DNA of 64,000 nt from the IMG/VR virus record IMGVR_UViG_3300037467_001050, positions 1-64,000 of that record, one strand, 5' to 3'. The stretch is from a virus. Below the pieces are notes generated by a model. It saw only the letters and a program-made list of their open reading frames with translations. It searched no databases and was not told the origin of the DNA. Below, piece after piece: positions 28,760-39,103 of this stretch. The number at the start of each line of letters is the position of its first letter. Position 1 is the first letter of the stretch. Both the position numbers and the translations under genes were made by a program.

Positions 28760-29210
28760 TGGCCACCCCGTTTGCATTCCTGCCAGTCTCCGGGGACACG
28801 GCATGGCGCTTGATGGTCTGCTCGCACAGCTCGATCACGGCCTCGCGTCCGATCCGACTCTCGCCGGCCTCGTCCACCACGAACGAACCGCGCTCGTTGA
28901 TGGACACCAGGGCCGCATCGCCGCCCGCCCGACCCATGTGGCGCAGGTGGATGAACGTCTCGACCATGGCATTCTCGATGCGAGGATCGACGGCGCCTTC
29001 CCCACCGAGATCACGGTCGACCTTCATGAGGCCGCCGAGCGCGCAGAAGCAGGTGGCGTGCTTGCTGACGACGAAGCACATTTCGCCATTGGCGTCCCTG
29101 GCCGCAGCACCTGTGGTGTGTTTGGCGGGGTCGTGGAACAGTTTGGACAGGCCGGACAGGATCTTGACCTGCCGGGGGTGGAGGGGAAACTCGGTACGGG
29201 GCAACGGCAC
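28752..29210 (-). CDS. Phage hypothetical protein (paralog pair with 29270-29650)
   Basis: G..ARD..G...ATCFCALGG matches G.YARDSDG...ACCRCSLGA. Confidence 0.6.
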   Translation of the reverse strand: MPLPRTEFPLHPRQVKILSGLSKLFHDPAKHTTGAAARDANGEMCFVVSKHATCFCALGGLMKVDRDLGGEGAVDPRIENAMVETFIHLRHMGRAGGDAALVSINERGSFVVDEAGESRIGREAVIELCEQTIKRHAVSPETGRNANGVASV

Positions 29211-29269
29211 GGGGCTGGCTCCTTCCTTTACGTGCGCCGCAGGCGCTGGCTGCGATTGTGGTTTGGCGG

Positions 29270-29650
29270 TCAGGCCTGGGCGCGCTCGATTGCGAGATCG
29301 AAGGCGGCCATCACGGCTTGGTGCTCGTTCATGTCGGGCACGCGCTCCTCACCGTCGTTCAGCTCGACGATGGAGACGAACGCGGCCAGCGGATGTTGTC
29401 GCTTCACCAGTTCGAGGGCGGCGGCATCGAGCAGGCGGATGGTCGTGGCCAGATCTGGGACGAAACCATTCGGATCGACGCCAGCGGCACAGCCGACAGC
29501 CCCGAGGCTGCACCGGCAGCATGCATCCTCATCAAGGGCGCCGGTCGGCAGTCCGTCACTGTCCCGGGCATAGTCGCCCTGGCACCAGTTCTCGGGGTTG
29601 GCGATCAGGGCCTTGGCCTCGATCAGGATCTGCTTCGGGGACTTGGACAC
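29270..29650 (-). CDS. Phage hypothetical protein (DUF6197-like, from memory)
   Basis: LIEAKALIANPENWCQG..ARD...C.CSLGA...FDLAIERA. Confidence 0.65.
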   Translation of the reverse strand: MSKSPKQILIEAKALIANPENWCQGDYARDSDGLPTGALDEDACCRCSLGAVGCAAGVDPNGFVPDLATTIRLLDAAALELVKRQHPLAAFVSIVELNDGEERVPDMNEHQAVMAAFDLAIERAQA

Positions 29651-29705
29651 GGGCGGTTCCTTTCAGACGTGCGCCGCAGGCGCTGGCTACGGGTGAGGGT
29701 GGAAG

Positions 29706-30278
29706 TCAGGCCGCGACGGCCTGAGCGGACTTGCGCCGCACCAGCATCGCGAGGATCACGGGGTCGACCTGATCGAGGTCGGGTAGGCCGCAGATGCGCT
29801 GACGGCCGGCGCGCACGTCGGCGAGCGACACGAACGCCCGACCCGGGACCAGCGGACGCGACTGCCCGATCCGGGCGTTCACGTTGTCGGTCTCGATGAC
29901 GGGAGAGCGACCCGGGGTGAGCCAAGTGACAGCTCTCCCGTACAGGCGCTCCATCGCCCGCCAGTCTGCCTCGATGACGCTGGCTGTCGTCGAGCACATC
30001 GACCCCGAGCACTCGAAGCCCTTGTGGCTCAGCAGCACGTCGTCGGCCGTCACGGGCCGCACGAACAGGAACGGCACGGTCGGCGGATTGGCCTGCCGGA
30101 AGGCCTCGTCCCGGTCGAAATACTCCGGGTGGAAGCGCCGGACCGGATGATGGGTGATCATCACCTCGACGGTCTCGCCGATTGTCGGCTGCGGGGCTCG
30201 ACGATCGAACAGGCACAGGATGCCGTCGATCTCGCAGATGGGATCGCCCTTGCGACCACGGATGACCTTCGCGAGCAT
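29706..30278 (-). CDS. Hypothetical protein
   Basis: GAGGAA RBS; 190 aa. Confidence 0.6.
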   Translation of the reverse strand: MLAKVIRGRKGDPICEIDGILCLFDRRAPQPTIGETVEVMITHHPVRRFHPEYFDRDEAFRQANPPTVPFLFVRPVTADDVLLSHKGFECSGSMCSTTASVIEADWRAMERLYGRAVTWLTPGRSPVIETDNVNARIGQSRPLVPGRAFVSLADVRAGRQRICGLPDLDQVDPVILAMLVRRKSAQAVAA

Positions 30279-31817
30279 GGGGCTTGTTCCTCTATCGTGC
30301 GCCGCAAGGCGCTGGTTACGGGAGGGGTTTGGCGAGAGGCTCAGAGAGCCTCGATCGCGGCGCGGACCTGCTCGATCTGGAGGGTGGCGGTGGTGATGCG
30401 GTTGAGCGCATCCTCCTGGCTCTCGCAGCCTTCATCCGCGCCCAGCTCGATCATGAGGAAGCGGAATAGGGTGTCGCCGCAGCCATCGAGCATCTGGACG
30501 AGGGGGATCTCCCGCTCGGCGATCATGTAGGCGAAGTCGCCGTCGGCGTAGGAACGGGCGCAGGCTTCCTGGAATGCGTTCATGACGCGAGCTCCTGGTG
30601 GATGTCAGTCGTCCCGGTGGATGCGAGGCACCCACCGCTTGCTGTCGAGGAATTGGCCGATCGCCATGCCGGACACGCAGGCGATGCCGAACCAGGTGAG
30701 CAGGAACTGGATCACGGGATCCTCCGGGGGACGGCGCGTCCCTTCGTTTGCAGGCCATACCGGATCTGTTCGCATTCCTGCAAGCGGCACCCCAAAAAAT
30801 AGGGGCGAAAAATCGGATCAGAGCGCCAAAAAGTCGGACGCCAGATCGAATAATGGGACAGGCCCCTGGTAGGGCTGGACGGGCCGCTGAGCCTGCTGCT
30901 GACCCTCCTCAGGGGAGATGGCCATGTCCACCACCAGCCGGACGAAGGGGCGTCCAGAGAGGGTGAGACGGTCACCCACGAGACGGCACAGATAGGGGAT
31001 CCGGGTGATCTCCGAGGCTCCGAACATGGACTCGGAAACGGTGTTGCCCGAGGCATCGATGGCACGGATAATCGGCTGTGCAATCATGGACTTAGACCCT
31101 TGTTGATGGGTGGAATTGGATCTCGGGCCGCAGGCAATGAATGCCCCTCACTCATAGGGGAACATGCCGGACCCATAGGGGGAGAGAAGGAAGAGACAGA
31201 CACCGGATTGGATGGTGATGCTGTCGGTTGGCTCGACGCTTCCACCTGGCCTGTCGGGAGGGGTGGGAGTGCGGATGGATTGGCTTTTTGGAGAATGGTG
31301 AAAGGTTGCCGTTTTGCCTGCAAATCCCCTCAAAAAGCAAATCTGACGGAAAATTCCGCTAAGCCCTTCCACTTGCAGGTGGAATTGGCCCTCAGTAGCG
31401 GCATCCGTGGTTCGGTTTGGCCTTCGGAGGCGCGAAACGCGGCCCCAGATAGACCCGAGTAGGGTCCGGCTCCCTCTGCTTCGAGGTCCAGACCTCTTCG
31501 TAGTAGCAGAGGCCCTGCTGGATCAGGAGGAAGCGCCGGTTCTCGGCGGTCTCCTCGGCCGACAGGACGCGGACAGGGCGTTTGCGGCCCGTGTAGGGCA
31601 CGGGGAGCGCCGAACGGGCCTTCTCGGGGGTCATTTGGGCCTGTTTGGCCTTCTCGGCCAGGGCGGAAGCGAGGTTTTCGAAGCCGCGGACGCGCATTTT
31701 AGCACCTCAGGTTGCAATTTGGGCGACCCGGACGGCCAAAATGGCGCCAGAACCGGGGTCTACATACGGCACAGCTTCCATCAGGTTGCATTTCTGCGCT
31801 GACAGAGGCCTGTCGGG

Positions 31818-31880
31818 TTCGGAAGGGGTTCGGAAGGACTTCCGAAGTGGTTCCGAAGGACTTCCGAAGTGGTTCGGAAG
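31818..31880. repeat. Iteron-like array, 6 x TTC(C/G)GAAG at 11-bp period
   Basis: Cores at 31818, 31829, 31840, 31851, 31862, 31873. Confidence 0.8.
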
Positions 31881-31934
31881 TGGACGGGGTTTGTCGGACA
31901 CCGCTGGGGAAGCGCGGTGCCCTGCAAACGCCGC

Positions 31935-32255
31935 TCAGCGGTAGGCTGACAGGCGGAATGACCGCGTGTTGCGGACGGGATCGAGCTTCGCCTCGATCTG
32001 GGCGCGAGACAGGACCCGCAGGATCTCCTCCAGCCAGGGCTTACCCTTGGTGTCGCGTGGCGCGTGGTGGAGGATGGCGGTCAGCGTCGACTCCGGCAGG
32101 TACGAGACGAGCTCGCGACCGGGCACGCTGGCGACCTGGGCCGATTTGTAGACGATGCGCGCCGCCAGGGGACGACGCGACTGGATCAGGAACCGGACGA
32201 TGGTCGACATCGTGACGGAGTTGGCGCGGATGGCGACGTGATGGATCTCGGACAT
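31935..32255 (-). CDS. Hypothetical protein
   Basis: GAGGAGG RBS; 106 aa. Confidence 0.6.
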   Translation of the reverse strand: MSEIHHVAIRANSVTMSTIVRFLIQSRRPLAARIVYKSAQVASVPGRELVSYLPESTLTAILHHAPRDTKGKPWLEEILRVLSRAQIEAKLDPVRNTRSFRLSAYR

Positions 32256-32745
32256 CGATCCCTCCTCAAGCCAGACGGTCGCGCAGCAGGTTTTCCACCC
32301 GGTAGGTGGAACCGGTCTCGTTGCGGTTGGCGTAGGCCAGGGCGCCGCACAGGTAGCGCGCGGCGTCGGACGCCCGGTTGAATGTGGCGATCACCCAGCG
32401 GGTGCCGTCGGTCTCGTATTCCACCACAGCCAGGAAATCGCGCATGGGGGTGCCTTCCATAGGTTGCCCGCCGCTCCGGTTGCGTGCCGGTCGGACGGTC
32501 GCCGGACGGTGCCGGTCGGACGGGTGAGGGGAGGGGCGCTTTCCACCTATGGGTGGAAGCGGTCACATGCCGGACTGCCGACATGACAAAGCCACCCGTT
32601 GGGTGCGCGTGGTGCGCCGGGTGGCTTGGCGATGTGGGCGAGGCTTTCCACCCTAGGGTGGAAGAAACCAGGAAAACGGACAGCCGAAAGCCCCCGGAGG
32701 ATTACCCTCCGGAGGGATCAGGCCAGATTGTGAGGCGCGCGTCGG

Positions 32746-33099
32746 CTACCAGACAGAGACGGTCGCGACACGCTGGCAAGCGCGAGACGGATCCGGCATG
32801 ATGCCGGGAAGGGTATAGGGCTCATCCGCCCCGCAATCGTGCCAGACCGTGACCCTTTCGCCAGTCTCGGCAACGTGGCGCTTAGCGGCGGAAATGGCGC
32901 ACCTATCATCGCCGGACAGGTATCCGCCGGTGAAACCGGACACGCAAACCGATCCCGCCATAAGGGCGCGCGCGTCGGCCATTTCCACCTGAATTGACCG
33001 GACGCGACCGCCGGCATTGCACCGGCGATAGGCCTTGATGTCCCATAGCAGGCTGGCGCGGCATTGGCGGTACAGGGCAAGGCGACTAGCTGCGGACAT
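32746..33099 (-). CDS. Hypothetical protein
   Basis: GGAG RBS; 117 aa; atypical codon usage. Confidence 0.55.
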   Translation of the reverse strand: MSAASRLALYRQCRASLLWDIKAYRRCNAGGRVRSIQVEMADARALMAGSVCVSGFTGGYLSGDDRCAISAAKRHVAETGERVTVWHDCGADEPYTLPGIMPDPSRACQRVATVSVW

Positions 33100-33222
33100 G
33101 GTGACGGCTCCGGACTAGGGGAGGAACGTGCCAGCGCACGGGAAACCGCCCCGCAGGGCGATTGCCGGTTCGCTAGACAGGAAGGGCAGGGCACCCCGCT
33201 AAGGGCGCCCTGTCTCGTTTGG

Positions 33223-34332
33223 TTAGGCCGCCTTGCGAGCGGCGCCCTTGCGCGCCTTGCGCACCACAACGACAGGAGCCGGAAGGGCAAGCGGCGCGGC
33301 GTCGGCTTCCACCGTCTCGGACACTTCCGAGAATTCAGCGTCCACCGTCTCCGCCGCTTCGCGCGCCTTGCGAGCCGCTTCGCCCGCCGCTTCCATCGCG
33401 GCGCGGGATGCCGCTTCGGCGTTGATCCGCTGAACAAGGCTATCGAACCCGAAAGCGGACAGTCCTTCGACGATGTCGAAAATCGCCTTGATCCGATCCG
33501 CATCGGTCGCGTCATTGGACAGGTGGAAGGGCGCCGCCGGGGCGTTCTCCGCCGCCGCGACAGCCTCAGGCGCAACCGTCTCGGCTTCCTTCGCCTTAGT
33601 CGCGCCCTTGTTGCCGCCCTTAGCCGCGCCCTTGCCCTTGTTGGGGTTGGCGTAGAGCGTTTCCAGCTTGTCCGACATCGCGGCGAAAGTATCGCCGAAC
33701 GTCGAAAGGACAGACTTGCGCCACGTCTGAGCACAGAGCTTGTGCTCGCCCTTGTCCTTAACCATCGCCGCGCAAGTGTTGATCAGAGCGGCGTTGTTAT
33801 CCCGCATGTAAGTTGCGAGCCGCATCCCATCCTGGCGGAGAAGGGCGAGACCCTTGGTGAGCTTGCGTCCCTTGCCAAACTTCATGACATACTCGGCGGC
33901 AAGGCTGCGCGCCTTGTTCATGTCACCGGCATCCCGCGCCGCGACAATCTCCGCCACCTTGTCGGCGCTGTCCGTTGTGTCCTTGGTGTTCCGGAAAATG
34001 ACCTTCCCGGACAGAGCGGCGTCGAAGTAGATCGAATTGAAAACGAATTCGTCCGTCTGCGGATCGATCAGGGCGATTGCGTTGACGCGGGCTTGCTTCA
34101 TGCAAAGCCGCAGGGCGACAGCCGAGACACCGTTGAACGTGGCGCGATCATGGGCGCCAATGGCAACGACGACGACGCGAGTGGTGTAATCTTCCAGCGA
34201 CACCGCGGCATCAAGCGCGGCATCTTGAGCGGCATCCGTAGCAGCCATTTCCTCCGCCGTCGGGAGCTTGGCCTCAATAGCGGCGGCCTGAGCTTCGGTA
34301 GCGGTGACGGTAGCGGTGTGAAGGTCGGACAT
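33223..34332 (-). CDS. Ala-rich hypothetical protein, first gene of left arm
   Basis: GAAAGG RBS before MSDLHTAT; 369 aa. Confidence 0.7.
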   Translation of the reverse strand: MSDLHTATVTATEAQAAAIEAKLPTAEEMAATDAAQDAALDAAVSLEDYTTRVVVVAIGAHDRATFNGVSAVALRLCMKQARVNAIALIDPQTDEFVFNSIYFDAALSGKVIFRNTKDTTDSADKVAEIVAARDAGDMNKARSLAAEYVMKFGKGRKLTKGLALLRQDGMRLATYMRDNNAALINTCAAMVKDKGEHKLCAQTWRKSVLSTFGDTFAAMSDKLETLYANPNKGKGAAKGGNKGATKAKEAETVAPEAVAAAENAPAAPFHLSNDATDADRIKAIFDIVEGLSAFGFDSLVQRINAEAASRAAMEAAGEAARKAREAAETVDAEFSEVSETVEADAAPLALPAPVVVVRKARKGAARKAA

Positions 34333-34599
34333 CGTATTGCCTTTCTGTGTGTGTCGTTTCGGTTGCTGTGTTCTAGGTTTCCACCGTAGGGTGGAAGGAA
34401 ACCGGAGTTTAGGCATAGCTTCGCCGGTAGGGTGAAACGCCCTCTGACTTGGCCTCTTCGCTATGTCTGCCGCCCGGTTGCCTTCGATCCCGCCTCGCTT
34501 TCCACCTAGGGGTGGAAGAAACCGCCCGTTTGGGCATAGCTTCGCCACCAGCGGGGGAAGCGCCCCCGCTCGCCCCCTGTCCGCCAGGGGAGCACAACC

Positions 34600-35330
34600 C
34601 TTAAACCCCAGACGTGTCTGGGTAAATACACATAGGTTAGTTTTCGCCAGAAAAATGCATTTCCAGTCGAGAAAAATGCAAATGGCTCTAGAATGCAAAT
34701 AAACAGGCTTGGAAAGCCCGCGCGAATTTTAGGCTAGGGTAGATCGGGAAAACGGTTCGATCCCGCTCATAGGCCAAATCTCGCAATTCTAGGCCCATTC
34801 CAGCCCTGACCCCTGGCCCCTTACGCGCGCAACGCGCGTGCCTTTCCTGGCCCTGGCCCTGGCCCTGGCAAAGCAGGGGAGAAAACGACGTGGCAAAAAT
34901 CGCCCTCGATGCACCGCAACAAATTGAGCAATTTCAACAGTTTAGCGCGCGCAAATGTGCGCTCCAGCTGCGGAAAAAAACGGCTCGAAAATGGCAGCTC
35001 AAGAGCGGTGCAACATAGCTTGTTGCAATGCAATAATTACACGCTTGTGAGAATGTTCGGCAAAGGTTGTGCCAAAGCACAGCTTCGAAGCTTAAAAATC
35101 ATGTCAAGTCAAAAATAATATGTTGAGAGCATTTCCTCGCAAAGAAATGTTGCGAGATCACATGTTCCCTAGAAGTCAACCCACCTAGGTTAGTTTCAAA
35201 GATTTAGTTTGTAAGTGTGATTTTTTTATTACAGTACCCCCCGGTGCATGGGGTAGCACCCATACAAAAATCACCCCTAAAAGACCCCTTTTTCCCACCC
35301 CCGTCAAGGACGACATCATGATCTACTCTT
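34600..35330. other. AT-rich non-coding junction between divergent arms
   Basis: No credible ORF; A/T tracts; (CCTGGC)4 at 34846-34869; TGCA half-sites. Confidence 0.7.
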
Positions 35331-35567
35331 TCGTGAAGCATCTCTGGTCAATCCTCTGCGAGCCGATCACCATCAGCCTCTCTGCTCAGATCCAGATCGA
35401 GAGCACCGAGACCCCGCCTTCTCCAATGGCACACCTCACTGACGAGCAGCGCGCCTCACTCCTCACCTGGGCAGGCCCTGCCGCAGCCTGAGACCCCCAC
35501 CCCATTCACCCCCCCGGCCTGTTTGGGGCCCCATCCCCATCCGGCGAGCCCTAAAAGGCCCGTTTCT

Positions 35568-35885
35568 ATGACCCTGCAGACCCCTGAGGAGGAGCGCGCT
35601 GAGCTGGCGCGCATCGAGCGCGAAATGGACGAAGCAGAGGCTGCCATCTTCGCGGAGCTACGACGCATCCGGCAGGAGGAAGACACTGCCCGAGAGGCCG
35701 CAGAGCAGCTGAAACCCCGCTACCGCTGCGATGAGTGCGGGCACGTCTGCCAGGAGCGCCACATGGAGAGCGACGAGGTGTTCAACGACTGGGATGAGGC
35801 GTGGTCCAGCCACATCTGCCCCAACTGCAAGTTTTGGCACGACGGGCTTCGCCCGGGAGAAGGATGGACGAGGGTCGAGCCGTGA
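35568..35885 (+). CDS. Small Zn-ribbon protein
   Basis: CDECGH...CPNC. Confidence 0.55.
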   Translation: MTLQTPEEERAELARIEREMDEAEAAIFAELRRIRQEEDTAREAAEQLKPRYRCDECGHVCQERHMESDEVFNDWDEAWSSHICPNCKFWHDGLRPGEGWTRVEP

Positions 35886-36782
35886 CCGCGCCCCGCAAGA
35901 TGATCGTCGCCTCCAGCCGGAGGTGGGCTCAGAACATCCGAGACAGCCTCGAGCTCGATCCGTCCGAGTGGGATGCCTTCGGCATAGGCGAGGGCCTGCC
36001 GGCCCGTCCCTACGACAAGATCCTGGTCTTCGCCGACCAGCTGGGCATCCGCCGCACGGAGACCGAGGTCGAGCATCAGCGCGCCTACATCAACATCAAC
36101 CTGCGCAACCGGCTCGCCGATGGCGGTGTCCTGAAGCTCCTCTGACACGTTTGCACTGCTTCGCTTGACTGACATTTGCAGGAATGCAAATGAGATCGAC
36201 GGAGAATGCAAATGAGCAAGCCTCAACAGTTCCGCGAGTGCCTGTTGACCCAGGACGGCCACCGGGCAACCGCCTGGATCCGCGCCGATCTCGCCGTCAT
36301 CGGAAACTCGGTGACCATCCCGGAAGTGTCCGGACGGTGGACGATCTTCGATGTCGGCCGCACCAAGGATGGCCTGCAGCTGCGCGCGATCGCCGCCGAT
36401 CAGCCGCCGCTGCCGCGCCCGCGCATCGAGCTGGCAAAGCCCCGCGATCCCTTCCCGGGCTTCGAGCCGCCCGCGCCCGATCCGATCGTCCCGCATCGCT
36501 CGCACTGGGTGCCGGCATGAGCATCACCTTCGAGGACGAGCTCACCAAGCTCATCCGGCGCATGGCGCCCGGCGAGACGCTCCTCTGGTCCCAGCCGCTC
36601 GGTAGGGCTCTCGAGGCCGTCGCCTACTCCGCTCAGCTCGACCGCCACAATGGCCGGTCGGAGGCCCGCTACGAGAAGATCTTCGAGCGCGTGAAGGCGA
36701 TCCTGTCGTCGAACGCCACGAAGTTCGAGCTCGGGCTGGCCGTCGGCATCGCTCTAGCACTCGCAACCGAAGGATCCATTCA

Positions 36783-37199
36783 ATGAACCGACGCAACCTC
36801 CTCATCGGCGCTGTGGCAGCGAGCGCCTGCGGCGCTGGTCTAGTGCCTGCAGCCGTCGCCGCTCAGCCGCAGCCGGGCCCGCACCCGCGCAGCCACTTGC
36901 GCCCGTTCTGGGACGCCGCTCGCGCCCACTACAAGGATCACCGCTACGGCATCGAGACCAACGAGGTGGTCAGCGGCCAGGTGCGGGCCTTCATGGCCGA
37001 GCACGGCATGACTTTCCCGATGGTCTTCCCAGGATCTCAGCCGGGCAGCTCCTTCACCATGCTCGGAATGCGCGAGCGCCGCCGCGACGACGGCGTGCTG
37101 GAACTCGGCATCAGCATCCACTCCGACGACATCGTCTTCCACCCGGAGAATTCTGGGACGCACTTCGAGATCATCAACACGGAGTACCCGCGCGCATGA
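36783..37199 (+). CDS. Putative Tat-exported protein
   Basis: MNRRNLL twin-arginine signal followed by hydrophobic stretch and AVAA. Confidence 0.55.
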   Translation: MNRRNLLIGAVAASACGAGLVPAAVAAQPQPGPHPRSHLRPFWDAARAHYKDHRYGIETNEVVSGQVRAFMAEHGMTFPMVFPGSQPGSSFTMLGMRERRRDDGVLELGISIHSDDIVFHPENSGTHFEIINTEYPRA

Positions 37200-37558
37200 A
37201 CGCGAAAGCCTTCTTCCTGGGGGCCTTCGCGCTCCTGTCCGTGTCGGCCTGCGATGTGATGGCTCCGGCACTAGCTGCCGGAACCTACAACTCGCAGATG
37301 CTGCTCGGCGCCTCGAAGATCGTCGAGAACGCCTACGCCGGTGGCGCTCGCAAGAGCGTCCAAGAGGTTCGCACCTCGCTGGAGAACTACCTGAAGGTCA
37401 TGAAGGTCAGCCTGCCGGCCACCTTCTCGGGCGACACCGGCACCATCACGGTGCTGCGCCTGGAACAGAAGGGCAACGAGCTGGTGGCGATCTACACCAC
37501 GCCGGACAGCCCGAGCGAGGGCCGCTTCAGCCTCTACACGGCGGGGAGCGTCCAGTGA
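37196..37558 (+). CDS. Putative lipoprotein
   Basis: Signal with VSAC lipobox-like sequence. Confidence 0.55.
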   Translation: MNAKAFFLGAFALLSVSACDVMAPALAAGTYNSQMLLGASKIVENAYAGGARKSVQEVRTSLENYLKVMKVSLPATFSGDTGTITVLRLEQKGNELVAIYTTPDSPSEGRFSLYTAGSVQ

Positions 37559-39103
37559 GCAAGCTCAACCTGCTCGTCCCGGAAGCCTCATCAGTCGAAT
37601 TCGCTCTGCTGATCCAGCGCGAGGTGAAAGGCCGGACTGTCTACTTAGCCCTCCAGCCCCTCACGGCCGGCGCCTTCGGCACCTACTGGACCACCGACCC
37701 GATGGTCGCGATCCGGTTCGTCTCGGCGAAGCTCGCCACGCAGATGATCGAGGACACCTTCGATCCGAGTGAGCGGGATAACGTCCGCTTCGAGAAGTAC
37801 ACCTTCGGCGACGAGCGCCTGCTCGCACTGGCGGCCCAGTCATGAGCCGCCTCTCCAGCCGCAGCTACACGGCCTTCATCCCGGGCCACGAACCCATGCG
37901 GGCCACCATGCAACTGCCGGAGCTGGCCCCGCCGCCGGCGCCGCTCCTCGACGAGATCCCGATGGAGATCACCTTCGAGATGGACGTGGTCGAGCGCCCG
38001 GCGCGCACACCCACGGAGCAGAAGGCCTCCGACGAGCGCGTCTCCCTGATGGAGATGATGAACGTCATCGCCGGCATCGCGCTGGCGCGCGGAGACGAGT
38101 TCACCTACCGGCGCGCCGATCGGCTCTTCGGCAAGGCCTACGTCGACGAGTTCTGGGACGGTTTCGGGAGGCGCTCGTGATCGACGACGCCGACGACATC
38201 GAGGCAAACGCCGAGAGCAGCCAGACCAAGGTGCATCCAGCACAGGCCGCCGGGGCCTACCTCCTCGTCGATCGCACCGTCAACCAGGGTCGACGGAAGC
38301 TGAAGCTGTTCGGCGCCGATCTGAACGCCTGGACGGTCCGCACTTTCGAGTCCGCAGGCACCGGCCGGCGCTTCGAGAAGATCGTCGTGGTCCTGCCGGA
38401 CCAGATGAGCGTCGACCTGATGAACCGGGTGCAGCATCTGCAGACCCTCCTCGCCATCAACGGCACGCTAGAATTCATCTAGCAGTCCAACAGAATACAT
38501 CTAATCAAGAAGGCGTCAACGCCCATGAAAACCCTTTCGATCGACCTCGTCGATCTCGACGAAGGTACGGTTCGACTGACGGATGGCACCGTTGTCGAGA
38601 TCGAGTTCTGGGAGGACCAGGACGGATTTCAGGACGATGAGCCGCTCGAAGAGCCCGCCGCCATCATCTTCCGCCTGCCGTGGCAACGCCCCGGCGAACA
38701 TGTCCGGCTCGAGATCGACGACCCGGACGCCGCCCACATCCTGCACTGAGAGGACACCACCATGCCCCGCATGAGCTCCGAGGAGCGCAAGTACCAAGCG
38801 ATGGACGATCTGCGCACGCTGACCCGCGCGCAGGAGATCCAGGCCGACCGCAGCCGCATGGCGGCCGTGAAGAGCCACGCCGCCTCGCAGGTGAAGACCC
38901 TGCAGGCCGTCACCGGCAGCCCGAAGCCGGCTGCGAAACCTCGGGCGAAGGGGAAGTAGCGCCGTGGACTACGCCGCCCGCTACGTCGCCATGCGGCTGA
39001 ACGTGCCGCTCAAGAAGGTCTACGAGATGGACCTCGAGGAGTTCATGCTCGTCTACAGGCTGCTCGTCGCCAACGACAACACCGGCATCGCGGAGCGGGC
39101 CTC

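Larger units (their letters stand above)
29231..30317 (-). repeat. Three copies of a ~21-bp intergenic repeat CGTGCGCCGCA(A)GGCGCTGG
   Basis: Copies near 29231, 29668, 30297; each just upstream of the RBS of a minus-strand gene. Confidence 0.75.
31367..34517. repeat. Dispersed 18-bp palindromes TTCCACC-N4-GGTGGAA
   Basis: Copies at 31367 (1 mismatch), 32293 (N5), 32541, 32646, 34379, 34500. Confidence 0.8.

Noticed and set aside
30605-31390. Short ORFs 30605-30790, 30818-31087, 31084-31323
   Set aside because: Low-complexity or atypical translations without clear RBS; the region looks largely non-coding or regulatory
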